DNA of 64,000 nt from a virus (Duplodnaviria > Caudoviricetes). Below are positions 9,572-20,100 of the stretch, one piece after another. Within the stretch, counting starts at the first letter, position 1. Every line of letters starts with the position of its first letter. A model generated the notes under the pieces. It was not told the DNA's origin, searched no databases, and saw nothing but the letters and a program-made list of their open reading frames with translations. The stretch is taken from positions 18,580 through 82,579 of the IMG/VR virus record IMGVR_UViG_2890524856_000001; one strand, written 5' to 3'. The translations under genes were made by a program, and so were the position numbers.

Positions 9572-9958
9572 ATGATACCAGCGAGAAACATAGGTCAAAT
9601 CGTTTCTACCCATAACTTGGCATCGCAACGGCGAGCTGCAGGGAAGCCTGTATGGGATAGAACAATAAACATCAAGCATATTCTTCGTCGCGACCCACAA
9701 AATGAGTCAGAAGAACATGCCGCCAGTGTTGCAAATGAAATAGCGGCTGTTCTGCGCTCCAAAATTCCGGCAAAATTTCTCGATTTGAGTAATGACGAGT
9801 GTGATTCGGAATTGCTTGAAATTGTCGAGGGTATGGAAAGCCTCCGTGCAGATAGTTTTATCGACTGTGAAGACTATTCGGCACTGGAAGACTTGAACGG
9901 CATGCTTAGTCAACTTTATGATTGGGCTGACCTTGAACGAGTTTGGCTTGGAAACTAA
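9572..9958 (+). CDS. Hypothetical protein, acidic C-terminus (LYDWAD...VW)
   Basis: 128 aa with GGAG SD; followed by a terminator. Confidence 0.75.
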   Translation: MIPARNIGQIVSTHNLASQRRAAGKPVWDRTINIKHILRRDPQNESEEHAASVANEIAAVLRSKIPAKFLDLSNDECDSELLEIVEGMESLRADSFIDCEDYSALEDLNGMLSQLYDWADLERVWLGN

Positions 9959-9967
9959 TGAAGAATC

Positions 9968-10000
9968 AAATCTCGCAGCGTACATATAGCTGCGAGATTT
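9968..10000. terminator. Bidirectional terminator
   Basis: 12-bp inverted repeat AAATCTCGCAGC/GCTGCGAGATTT between convergent genes. Confidence 0.75.
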
Positions 10001-10011
10001 CTTATTGCCGA

Positions 10012-10440
10012 TCAGAGAAATTCCATGCTCTCATCATAAAGCGACCAGAATTCACCATCTCCAAATAAGTCAAATTCACGTACGCCCTGGAATTGGGTAG
10101 CGTCATACCAAGTTGCAAACTCAAACGCAGCTACCATGGTCACATCAGGATCAAACAACCCGGATTCATTTAAACCGGTGTACACCATTTCAATTATGGG
10201 CTCGCCAACACCGGAAAAGTCATAGCCCTTCTCGATCAATGCGGCCTTCAATGCCCACCAATATGCGCCATAGCGCAAATATGCTGCTTTACTTGATTGA
10301 ATCCGCCGTACCATGACCTCCGCCATGAAATCGCTATGCGACTTACCTGGATAGCGAGTTTCGAACTCATGCCGGTAATCCGCCAGCTTGTCGCGCAGAT
10401 ACCCCTGATCAGGGAGATAGTTCACAAATGCTTTCATCAT
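10012..10440 (-). CDS. ulx: Ulx-like antirestriction accessory protein
   Basis: RRIQSSKAAYLRYGAYWWALKAALIEKGY resembles P1 Ulx (RLLKNPRLYRSYGPYWPEIKKLLLERGY); directly downstream of darB as in P1. Confidence 0.7.
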   Translation of the reverse strand: MMKAFVNYLPDQGYLRDKLADYRHEFETRYPGKSHSDFMAEVMVRRIQSSKAAYLRYGAYWWALKAALIEKGYDFSGVGEPIIEMVYTGLNESGLFDPDVTMVAAFEFATWYDATQFQGVREFDLFGDGEFWSLYDESMEFL

Positions 10441-10448
10441 GCTGTACC

Positions 10449-13400
10449 TTATGCGATTGAAACGTTAAATTGACGGACTTTATCTGCGCGATTTTCAAGA
10501 AGCCAGTTATAAAATCTTCGTGTTGTAACCCAAGAATTGATAGGCGCACCTGGCAACTTCGCAACAATTCCAGCATCCTTTGGTGCGATACGCTTTGCTC
10601 CCTTAAAGGCAATTTCCTCTCCAAGAGATTGCGCCATAGTACGGAAACTCTCATCTTTATTGAATGGGAAAGTGTTTCCGATGATTGCAACATAGTTCCC
10701 GCCTGGTGGAGAAACTTCAGTTGATGCGCCACTTTCGATTGCGGATACAACTTCGTCCTGCTTAACTTCCTCGACCTTCGGCGGCTCGGTCAACTCCTTG
10801 TATTTTTTTCCATAGACATTTTTAACAGAGTAGCTATAGAAATTTGATAAGCTCGCACTTATGGCCGGATCTTCCCAATCCAATGCAGAATATGTCGTTC
10901 GATACGTACTCAACATCAACGAATCCAACTCGTCAACCGATTGCGTTTGCATGATTGACTGAGCTAAGTCCGCCTCATTCACGCGCTTACCACTTCTTTC
11001 CATTGCAGATTTTAAATACAGGATGATGCTGTACTCAGTAGAAATAGAGTAGGCAGCCGCGTTCACCGCCGCTACGCTCACCTGAAACCCGTTTGCGATC
11101 GCATACTTAACCAACTCTGAAGTGACATCTGCGGTCTGCGGCATGCCGTACTGTTCGACACGGACAGCCTCATCGACAAGAACATCATCTTTCCCGTACT
11201 CCCCCCCAACCAAAGTGACATCCGGAGCCTGAGAGTCCGCAATACTCTTGATTAGAGCAATCGACTTATCAGCACCAGATTTAATAACGTACTGATACTT
11301 GGGAGCGTCAAAACGAACAACTTCAGCCCTTACTCGTAGATTTGGACGAATTGCCAGCTTAGCCCTGACATCGAGATTGTATGCAGAATATAAATATTTC
11401 AGCCCTTCTTTTGGAAGACCTCCATCAAAGCGCTTAATGAGCGCATTGTCGATATCGACCGCACGCGACACTGTCTCGAAATAAACTTCCTGATCAGGAT
11501 GCTCTTGAGTGATTATTTTTCCGGTGAACAACACGCTATTATCCGAAACACGCCCTTTGAAGTCATCACTTCCAATAGATCTTAATTCGGATGTTTCTCC
11601 GTTTGAAACAACCCATAACGTATCATTGCGATCAATTACAAAGTCACCGGTGCCGACGATTTGCCCACGAATGATGCGCGACTGGCCTGCTTTCGCTTGG
11701 TCAATGCGTCCAAAGGATACGCCAGCGTCTGCACAAAGGGTGCGCGCCTTGGCCTCAGAATCCGTCGCCAGCGATTCGGCAATGCTGACCTCTTGCTGCC
11801 ATTCCTGCATGACAATAGATGCTTCAAGGATTTTAAAAGTGCCCAGCGCATTCCTGGACACGTCATTGATGATGTTGTCTCGGCTAACCTTGTCACGCAC
11901 GCGGGATCCACGAGAATGCTCAAGCCAGCCGTAGCTATCAAACTGCTTTTCTATCGTGTTTGCGCCGTACGATGGAGCCAGTGATGCCTTGATAGGTGCG
12001 ATCAGTCTGTCGTATGATGCCTGCGCCTTCGCCAGCGCATCAGTTGCGCGCCCAATCGCCTTTGAATCGTCAGAGTCATCGATAACGGACTTTCTCGCCG
12101 CAGCAGAGCGTAAGGCTTGATACGCCTCGGCTGCATCCGCCACCATTTCGGCAAGAAACGCATTCGCAGTCGGATATTTGGCGATTATTTCTCGCTGTGC
12201 CAGCATGGTTTCTATATTTGCTGTCAATGCATCCTTGGCCGCACGCTTGCGCTCGACGACCTCGCGGCGCGCAATTTTCTCGCGCACCTTACGCATACCC
12301 TCTGCACTGCCGGCAGCCTCAGCAAGCATTTCTACGTCAGAATTTGATATGCCGCCGGCAATCTTGACTTTGTTACTGCCGTTGTTCGCCATCAGTTCGC
12401 CTATCCAGTCAGCTTTCTTGCTGACGATGCTGCGCTTATATTCGTCAAAGGTGCCGTCAGCATCGTAGTGGTAGATAGCTACACGACCGACATAATTACC
12501 CTGGCGCACACCGCGCCCGTTGCGCTGGTGGATGCTATCCGGCGTCCAGCCCACCGTCAGATGATGGATGGCCTGCGTACCTTTCTGATAGTTCACGCCA
12601 ACTTCCGCTTTTTTGTTAGCGACCACGACTCGATACTTATTTTCCTCGCCTTCCGCATTGAAACCGTCCTGCGTATCCTGCATGTCCGCGGCGTCCGAGA
12701 TGGTCACGCCGTTGACAATGACTATCTTGCCAGGATCAATGCCGCAGCGGTTTTTCAGCATGATCTTCAGCTTATTGTGCAGAGACAGCATGTCGCAGAA
12801 CACCAGTTGCTTAGCCTTGCCCTTACCCCTTGGATTGCCGTTTTCAGCCTGGAAGTTATCTAGGAATGCTGCCAGCTTAGGCGATATCGTCACATCAAGA
12901 TTCAGCTTGAGCTTGTCCGCGATCTTCAGGAACTTGTTTTGCGTATCGATATTTTCCGTGTCAATCACGATCTTATCACCGGCAATCTTCGCCACTACCA
13001 GCACCTTGAGCACTTCGACATCATCCTGCCCGCTATCCGCGCCGGACTTCTTGATCTTGCGGCTCAGAATAGAGGACTCATCCTGCGTCAGCGATGGGCG
13101 GTTGCGCTCCTCGGTGAATTTCTTGCCATTGAATTCGGCGACGGCCTTCTCGGCGATGTCTGCCTGGCTATCGTTATACACGTAGACGGTCGTTTGCCGC
13201 GCCAACTCAGGGTCGGCAATCAGTTTGCTTACCTTGTTGATGAAATTGAACGGATGGCCGATCAGGTCAATCGGCTCCTTGCTGATGGCTTGATAGCGCG
13301 CCACCAGTTCCTCCTCTTCCGGCAATACATCTTTGTTGCCACGCGCCATTTTCGAGGCAATGCTGTAAATTTTTTGGAGCATCTGCAATTGCGCCACAAC

Positions 13401-16400
13401 ATCGGGCGGTAACTCAACAGAGGTCGCGATTTCATCTGCATCCGGAATTTTCAAATCAACTTCTTTGGCGGTCTTAATGTTGCAAATCTGACCCAGTACA
13501 TCACGCAGCAGATTGGTGTTTTGCAAGCCACGGAAAACGCGCTGCAGCTTATCGGTTCCAGCCAGCGAGGTAACTTCTTCTTCGGAGATATCGCAAAATG
13601 CCTCCATGAAGGCATCTGCGCCGCGCACACCACCCATGCGGCGATTGACCTCTTCCTCGCCGACGGCCAGTGTCAGCATAGAATAAATTTCCAGCGGGCT
13701 ATTGGTAATCGGTGTCGCAGTCAGGATCAGAACACCATCCTTTAGCTTGGACTTGCCGCGGATATACCAAGTCTTCATCTGCATATCCATGCCACGGTCG
13801 GATGTGCTCGGGTCAGACAAGAACTTGGCCTGCTTAAAATCGACTGTTTCCTTGGAATTTTTAAACGAATGACCTTCATCAGTCACCAGGGAATCTATCC
13901 CCATATCCTCGAAGAACGGCACGGCGGCAGAACCTTGAGCGCCAATCTTCGTCACTCCCTTCAGCTTTCCTTCCTTGGCGATCGCCGCAGCCTTGCTGTT
14001 GCTGTCGCCGGAATTGTAGGAATAATCGACAGTGCCGAGGTAGCTTTCGTACTCTTCTATCGTATTGGCGCGCAGCGGAATCATGTTGAACGCTTCATAC
14101 GTCATGAAGATTTTACGATGTTTATTCTCCAGTATGGTATTCAGGTCGCGAGCGTAATTGGACGAATTCATCGCTGCATTGCCATCCGTGTCGACGTCCA
14201 AACCAACAAAAAGACAGTCATCCACTGACTTATAGCAGCTAATTGTTTCTTTGCGCCAGTTTGTCAATGTCGAATTTGGCACAACGAAAACGGTCTTTTT
14301 CTTCGCGCCGATAGACTGTATATGCTGGATCGTAATCAGGGAGGTCGCTGTTTTGCCAAGCCCAACATCGAACCCCAAAATACCGCTCATACGCTTGGCA
14401 TAACGTCGGATAGCGGCATTTTGGTAGTCGTGCGGCTGAAACCCTTGGTTCAAACCGTCTATCGCAAGTGGGCTGTTATCGTCTACTTCACGAAAGAATA
14501 GGTTTTGAGGATTATCGAATTGCGCCTTCAGACTGGATTGAACGCCAGTATTGGATTTTGACCAGGCATCAAATTTTTGGTTAGTCTGAGTGATGAGTTG
14601 CTTCAGTTGCTCAGTGCGCAACGCGTCCAGATTAGCGTTTGCCGCCTTTTCATCCTTATCGGTCAGCGTGCTCAACACGCCTCGCTTCAAGTAGTCGGCA
14701 AAGCGCTTCATGTTGCGCAGCTGGCTATCCGTCATGCCCTTGGCCTTCTTACCATCGAAGGCGATTTCCGGTGCATTGCCGTTTGCCAACACCGAAAAGC
14801 CCGGATGCACGTATTTACGTAGGAATTCCACCTTGCGATATACGTCTACATAGGGCGTGTTCAGGTTCAGTGTTAGCGCGCTAATATCGGTGCGAATCAG
14901 GCGATCTTGCGCATTCTGGCGCTGGCGCACCAGCTTTTCGCGCAATACCGGGTCGCTGGTTTGCTCGATTTCCTGGTTATTTTTGGCGATGAAGTCCGCA
15001 TAATTCCCGGCATAGTAATCATCGGCAGACATAACGCCCTTACCATCGCCAGACACACACCACTCATTCGACTCTAATGGATCAAACCCCTCCCCCATTA
15101 CTTCAGTCAAATGATCCAATGGCACAAAACCGGCATCATTCGCCGCTTCATACTTAGCCAGCTCGTATTTTTGCGTTGGCTTGAGTTCGTTGATAACTAC
15201 CTCAGCCAGCGAAGTACCCAGCCAGCGGTCGCGGAAACTTTGCGTCTTGGCGATGTACCAGATACCAAGCAGCGAAGCCACATCGCGTACCTGCTTAGGG
15301 ACAGAGGAAGGAATACGCTTGACGTTTTTTACGTTCAGGCGGATGGACTTGGACAGCTCAGGGTAAGCCTCGGCATAATTGAACGGCTCCTCGGTCACAT
15401 GCTGATTCACCACATCTTGCAAGGCAAAAGCGGTTTTCAGCGCATCGAATACGGCAGCCTGATCCGCCAGCACGATAGATGAACTGATGCTAGGTACAAC
15501 TGACTTGATCCACGTCGGAATGTTTTTATAGTCGGCTTTGTCGGTTAGGTATTTGTGCAACTTCGCGGCGTCCGCCCAGGTTGCGCCTTTGTTGACGGCT
15601 TGCAGCGGTGAGAACAGGCTTTCGTTGATGTCAACGATTTCAACATCTTGTTCAGTCAGCGGAACTGGGACGAATACGCCGTTTTTGTAGGTCATTGTGC
15701 GACCGGCAACCGCGATAGCATCGCCATCGCTATACACGATGGGCGCGGTAGGGGCAGCGTTCAACGCCTGCCAGTCAATGCGGGAATCGGGGAACTTGCG
15801 CAAGAGCCGAGAGATATTGGCAATACTATCATCGCTCATCACCTTCTCTACGTCACCAAAGCGCCCTTTGCCCATTTCAGTCTTGCCGAGAATGAAGCGC
15901 TTGCCTTCGCCCTTGAAATAGCCACCCACCAGGAATTCATCCCAGAGCACATTGCACTCATGCAGCTTGTCGGGGTTTTGTTGCACCAGCTCCTGTATCT
16001 TTTCGCTGGCTTCGCGGCTGAATTTACGGAATACGATCACATCTGTCGTTACATCGGCACCGGCTGCATCAAACATCTTGTTCGGCAAGCGGTACGCACC
16101 CAGAAATTCCGCCTTGAGCGAGGCGCGGTACCTCAGCCTATTTTCGCTAGCATTAGCCACAAAAGCCTTACTCGTGACAAAACAAGCCAATCCGTTTGGG
16201 CGTAGCTTTTCTAAACTTCTAAGAATGAAATAAGCCTCCAGTGATTCGCTCTGATAGCGCGGATCTTTCAGCTTTTCCTTGCCCCGCGCCGAGTTGTCGC
16301 CAAACGGGACATTCGTCACAATCGCGTCATAGGTTTCATCCGGCGTATTGGCAGCAATCGCCTCAAACGCACTGATCGTGACGTTATTTTTGGCACTGCC

Positions 16401-17177
16401 ATTCACCAATTTATTGACCATGCCGGAAGTTTCATCCAGTTCGATAGCGTCAATTACGGCACTTTTTGGCGAGGTCGCACCAAAGATGCCCGTACCGGCG
16501 CTGGGGTCTAACACCTTACCGCCAGCAAAACCCATCTCTTCCATGAGTGACCAGATACCCTGTGCCAAAGGCTTTGGCGTGTAATATTCGTACTGGGAAC
16601 CACTCAAACCGTCGGCACCCGTCATGCCACCACCGTTACCGGAGTACTTGGCTAATATTTGCTTCTGCTCACCGGTCAGCGTAGCTCCATCCACCTTTCC
16701 TTGCTTGATGTCGGCCAGAAGATTGATCGCGGCGCGGTTATCTTTCTGCCGCTGGCTTGGCTTGATGTCCTGGTTAAATTCGAAATAGATGGAGGTATCT
16801 GGTGCCGGCTCAGCTTCAGCGCGAGCATTTCCACCGAGAAGTTTTTGAATTTCCATGGCTCGAGCAGTGACCTTCATCAACGCCACCTTATCAGCCAGTT
16901 CATCGCTAGCTTTTAGAGCCACAAATTTTGGCAGCAACTGCATCAACTCTGAAGTCAACTTCAAGTATTCAATTGGGCTGCTTGCATCATCCAGAGCTGG
17001 AATAGTAAAAAACTCTATTTCGGCATCAGTTAAATTGCCCAATAAAGAGGTGCCGTCGACTATCGAAGAAACGCCACTCTTCTCAGTAGGAATTGATTCA
17101 GGACACGAAAATGCCGGAGAAACCCCGGCAGCATCCACGTTAATAGAGAGGTCTTTACCACCGAGATTTTCATCCAT
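10449..17177 (-). CDS. darB: DarB: N6-adenine methyltransferase plus SNF2 helicase antirestriction protein
   Basis: 2242 aa; YYTP, LDPSAGTG, TNVPF MTase motifs; DVGLGKT, DEGH, LTATP, QRNGRGVRQGN helicase motifs. Confidence 0.92.
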   Translation of the reverse strand: MDENLGGKDLSINVDAAGVSPAFSCPESIPTEKSGVSSIVDGTSLLGNLTDAEIEFFTIPALDDASSPIEYLKLTSELMQLLPKFVALKASDELADKVALMKVTARAMEIQKLLGGNARAEAEPAPDTSIYFEFNQDIKPSQRQKDNRAAINLLADIKQGKVDGATLTGEQKQILAKYSGNGGGMTGADGLSGSQYEYYTPKPLAQGIWSLMEEMGFAGGKVLDPSAGTGIFGATSPKSAVIDAIELDETSGMVNKLVNGSAKNNVTISAFEAIAANTPDETYDAIVTNVPFGDNSARGKEKLKDPRYQSESLEAYFILRSLEKLRPNGLACFVTSKAFVANASENRLRYRASLKAEFLGAYRLPNKMFDAAGADVTTDVIVFRKFSREASEKIQELVQQNPDKLHECNVLWDEFLVGGYFKGEGKRFILGKTEMGKGRFGDVEKVMSDDSIANISRLLRKFPDSRIDWQALNAAPTAPIVYSDGDAIAVAGRTMTYKNGVFVPVPLTEQDVEIVDINESLFSPLQAVNKGATWADAAKLHKYLTDKADYKNIPTWIKSVVPSISSSIVLADQAAVFDALKTAFALQDVVNQHVTEEPFNYAEAYPELSKSIRLNVKNVKRIPSSVPKQVRDVASLLGIWYIAKTQSFRDRWLGTSLAEVVINELKPTQKYELAKYEAANDAGFVPLDHLTEVMGEGFDPLESNEWCVSGDGKGVMSADDYYAGNYADFIAKNNQEIEQTSDPVLREKLVRQRQNAQDRLIRTDISALTLNLNTPYVDVYRKVEFLRKYVHPGFSVLANGNAPEIAFDGKKAKGMTDSQLRNMKRFADYLKRGVLSTLTDKDEKAANANLDALRTEQLKQLITQTNQKFDAWSKSNTGVQSSLKAQFDNPQNLFFREVDDNSPLAIDGLNQGFQPHDYQNAAIRRYAKRMSGILGFDVGLGKTATSLITIQHIQSIGAKKKTVFVVPNSTLTNWRKETISCYKSVDDCLFVGLDVDTDGNAAMNSSNYARDLNTILENKHRKIFMTYEAFNMIPLRANTIEEYESYLGTVDYSYNSGDSNSKAAAIAKEGKLKGVTKIGAQGSAAVPFFEDMGIDSLVTDEGHSFKNSKETVDFKQAKFLSDPSTSDRGMDMQMKTWYIRGKSKLKDGVLILTATPITNSPLEIYSMLTLAVGEEEVNRRMGGVRGADAFMEAFCDISEEEVTSLAGTDKLQRVFRGLQNTNLLRDVLGQICNIKTAKEVDLKIPDADEIATSVELPPDVVAQLQMLQKIYSIASKMARGNKDVLPEEEELVARYQAISKEPIDLIGHPFNFINKVSKLIADPELARQTTVYVYNDSQADIAEKAVAEFNGKKFTEERNRPSLTQDESSILSRKIKKSGADSGQDDVEVLKVLVVAKIAGDKIVIDTENIDTQNKFLKIADKLKLNLDVTISPKLAAFLDNFQAENGNPRGKGKAKQLVFCDMLSLHNKLKIMLKNRCGIDPGKIVIVNGVTISDAADMQDTQDGFNAEGEENKYRVVVANKKAEVGVNYQKGTQAIHHLTVGWTPDSIHQRNGRGVRQGNYVGRVAIYHYDADGTFDEYKRSIVSKKADWIGELMANNGSNKVKIAGGISNSDVEMLAEAAGSAEGMRKVREKIARREVVERKRAAKDALTANIETMLAQREIIAKYPTANAFLAEMVADAAEAYQALRSAAARKSVIDDSDDSKAIGRATDALAKAQASYDRLIAPIKASLAPSYGANTIEKQFDSYGWLEHSRGSRVRDKVSRDNIINDVSRNALGTFKILEASIVMQEWQQEVSIAESLATDSEAKARTLCADAGVSFGRIDQAKAGQSRIIRGQIVGTGDFVIDRNDTLWVVSNGETSELRSIGSDDFKGRVSDNSVLFTGKIITQEHPDQEVYFETVSRAVDIDNALIKRFDGGLPKEGLKYLYSAYNLDVRAKLAIRPNLRVRAEVVRFDAPKYQYVIKSGADKSIALIKSIADSQAPDVTLVGGEYGKDDVLVDEAVRVEQYGMPQTADVTSELVKYAIANGFQVSVAAVNAAAYSISTEYSIILYLKSAMERSGKRVNEADLAQSIMQTQSVDELDSLMLSTYRTTYSALDWEDPAISASLSNFYSYSVKNVYGKKYKELTEPPKVEEVKQDEVVSAIESGASTEVSPPGGNYVAIIGNTFPFNKDESFRTMAQSLGEEIAFKGAKRIAPKDAGIVAKLPGAPINSWVTTRRFYNWLLENRADKVRQFNVSIA

Positions 17178-17182
17178 CTGCT

Positions 17183-20100
17183 TTAGCCATTCATTGTTTT
17201 TTGAGCCAGTGCCAGCGCTTGCGATGAGTAGGCATTAATAGCTTTCATCCACAAAGCCTGCATTGCCACATCGCTAGAAACGCGACCAAGAATAGCCTCC
17301 AGCTTACCTGCCAAGTCAGCCTCCCAAATATCAGCTTTTCCGTCGATAACAGATTGCATAAACGCTTCATCGTCGGCGTATTGATTTTGGATTGGAAGTT
17401 GCGCAGGCTCTTCAATATCAGCACTGTTAAGGATGGATTCAGGGGTATCAAAATCCGCTCCCGGCTCTGAATCGTGCGAAATTACTGCGGCTTCTTCAAG
17501 CGGATTAGACATCTCGCCGCCTGGCGCCGACAAAACTGGATCAGGATCTGTATTGGTTTGTGGATCAATTATGGAATTTGGCTCCGTCGCTGCATTGGCT
17601 TTCACGTCAACATCCTCGCCGGCGGCATGACTTATGAAATTTTCCAGCCTAGTTTCTGCTTCGGCATAGCGAGCATCCTTTTCCTGCTGCGTCTCCGCTT
17701 TCATGCCAGGGTAGTCGGCTAAAACGTCGTCCGAAACGGCCTTTCCGGAATCAAGTGCTGACTTTACTGCGCCACGATGAAATTCGGCGAATCTATCCTC
17801 ATCCGTGCGATCGCATGTTTGACCAATAAACGCAAAGTGGCCTCGCATTAACTCCTTCCATTTGGCGCACGTTACTTGCCATGCCTCGCCACCGGAACCC
17901 TCAAAGACATCCAATGGCGAAGAACCCTGATCGTTTAATTCGCCCCCACCGTTTGCCTGCAATGCAGCTTCAAGCGCATCACGCCGAACAGACAAATCTG
18001 CCGTCAAACTTCCCTTTAAATCACGCTCAAATTCTATGGAATTAGCTTCCGTCCATTGCTCTAACGTACCGATGCGTGCAGCCTTTACGATAAGCGCTTC
18101 AGAGTGCCAATTCTCCGCTGTAAGCTTTGACTGCATGGCCTCGTAGTCATCTACTGAGAGAGCCTTAATCTCGTCAGGCGTCAGCAGCCAAGCTTGATTA
18201 TCGATTGGGTCATCAATCGCCAACTGAATGCGCGCCGCCGGATCAACCTCAATGATTTCCGGCTTTTCACCGACAATAAACAGATTCAACACCATACCCG
18301 ATACCGAGTCAAAAACGGCGTTGACTTCCGTTTCGCCTGGGTTTATATTAAAGGTGTCGGTAATCGCGGAATTGTGATTCGTGGAAACTCCCGATACAGA
18401 GGCGGCGCTTGAGGAATCGAGTGCCGTTTTTGTATCTACGACACCAGCATCAAGCAGCATGTCATAGTGCAGCAATCCCTTATCATCCTCTTCGATAACC
18501 ACATCAACAGAAATCGACTCGCCAGCGAGCTCAACTATGTTTTTCAGCTTCAGGTAAGAAATTACATGGGGCTTTTTGTCCTTTTTGAAATTCTCTTCTG
18601 TTTTTGGATCGAATGCGGTCGCGATAATCGACTTAATAGACGACAGTATTTTCAGTTTTCGCGCATCAGCTGAGAAAGACATCATCTCTTTAATGCCTCG
18701 GGTACGAATCTCGACTTTGCGGCCAATCGACGCACAATCAACCCACTCGCCACGAAGCCCCATGAGATAGCTTTTAGCAGCTGAGCGTAATTCCCTTATC
18801 CCTTCTGGTGTATCCGGAAAGCTACCGAGTTCACTGCCAACCACGATCACGGCACTGCGGCTTGGCGTTTGTACCTGGCCTTCATCCGCAGAGGCAATAG
18901 GTTTCGCATCCTGCTTTTTAAAAAGTACGCAGTACTGCTCCCAATCCGGAACCAACTTCCAAATTCCATTAGCCATGGTGACTGCGGGCTTCTTGAAATC
19001 GCCCTGCATTTCAAATAGCGCCGCCAGCAATAGCGCTGCAGTCAAAGGACTATTTTTCGCCTTCACTTTCATTTTGTTTGAAATGCTACTGACGAATAAG
19101 CTGCGGTTGTAGCCTTTGTTACCTCCATTGTCGATGGTATTAATGAAGTTCGCGCTACTTTTCATGGCGGCCAACGCTGACTTGAAGTCAGCTGTTTGCA
19201 TGATCACTTTTGCAGCTTCAAGCGAATCAGTAGAAACCTCAGGATTAGGCGACACTTCGCTCGGCGGCTCTGCAACCGTAACCGGTTCATTTTCAGCTTT
19301 AATTACCTCTTTTTGGCTATCAGAAGGCAAAGCTTCGGCTTGCGCATTCTCGGCAAGCAACGCCTCTGGAATGTGATGCGCAAAATTTGCCGCATCCCAA
19401 GCCCTAATGTAGGCCTGCAATATCCCCCCTGACTCGCCAACCTTCAGCCCAGATAGCAAATCCATCAATTCAGAGTTCAGGGCTGGGGCGCGCCGCTTTC
19501 CATCAGCAAAAGCCTGCTTGCCAAGCGAAGTTGCCTTGCGCACCAAATCAATTGGATCTGCTGGCTCTGCAGGCGACTTACCGGCAGTTAGCTTTTCAAG
19601 TTCTTCCTTTTTCTTAGCTAATATTTTTTGCAGCTCAGACAGTTCAACTTCTTTGGATGAAACAGATTCTTTTAACGACGCAATTCTCCCCATGCGCTCA
19701 GTACGCTTGATATTGGCGCGCTGAAAGGACGAAGAATTTTTCTCTGCCAGGCGCATAATTCGCCGGGCAACTTCACGAGGATTCAATTCATTGCCATTTT
19801 CAGGGGCAACGACAATCGTGATGTCTTTTTTATTCAGCAGCCATTTCCAAGAGATCATTTCATCCGCAGGGGCAAGCTTATTGGGAGTATTGTCAGGGTT
19901 ATGGAAAAAGGCACTGATTGTCTGCCCATCAGACAATTCAAAAACTGCTGCAACGTTAGTTACACCGTGCTGCTTGAAAGGGTCAGTAATTTGCATTGCG
20001 ATCGGCTTGACATCGTTCCCAGATCGTTCCATCACCGCTTTAATTTGTGATAGCTTCCGCTCCATCTGAGAGAATGGAATCACCAGGGCATCAAGCGCGA

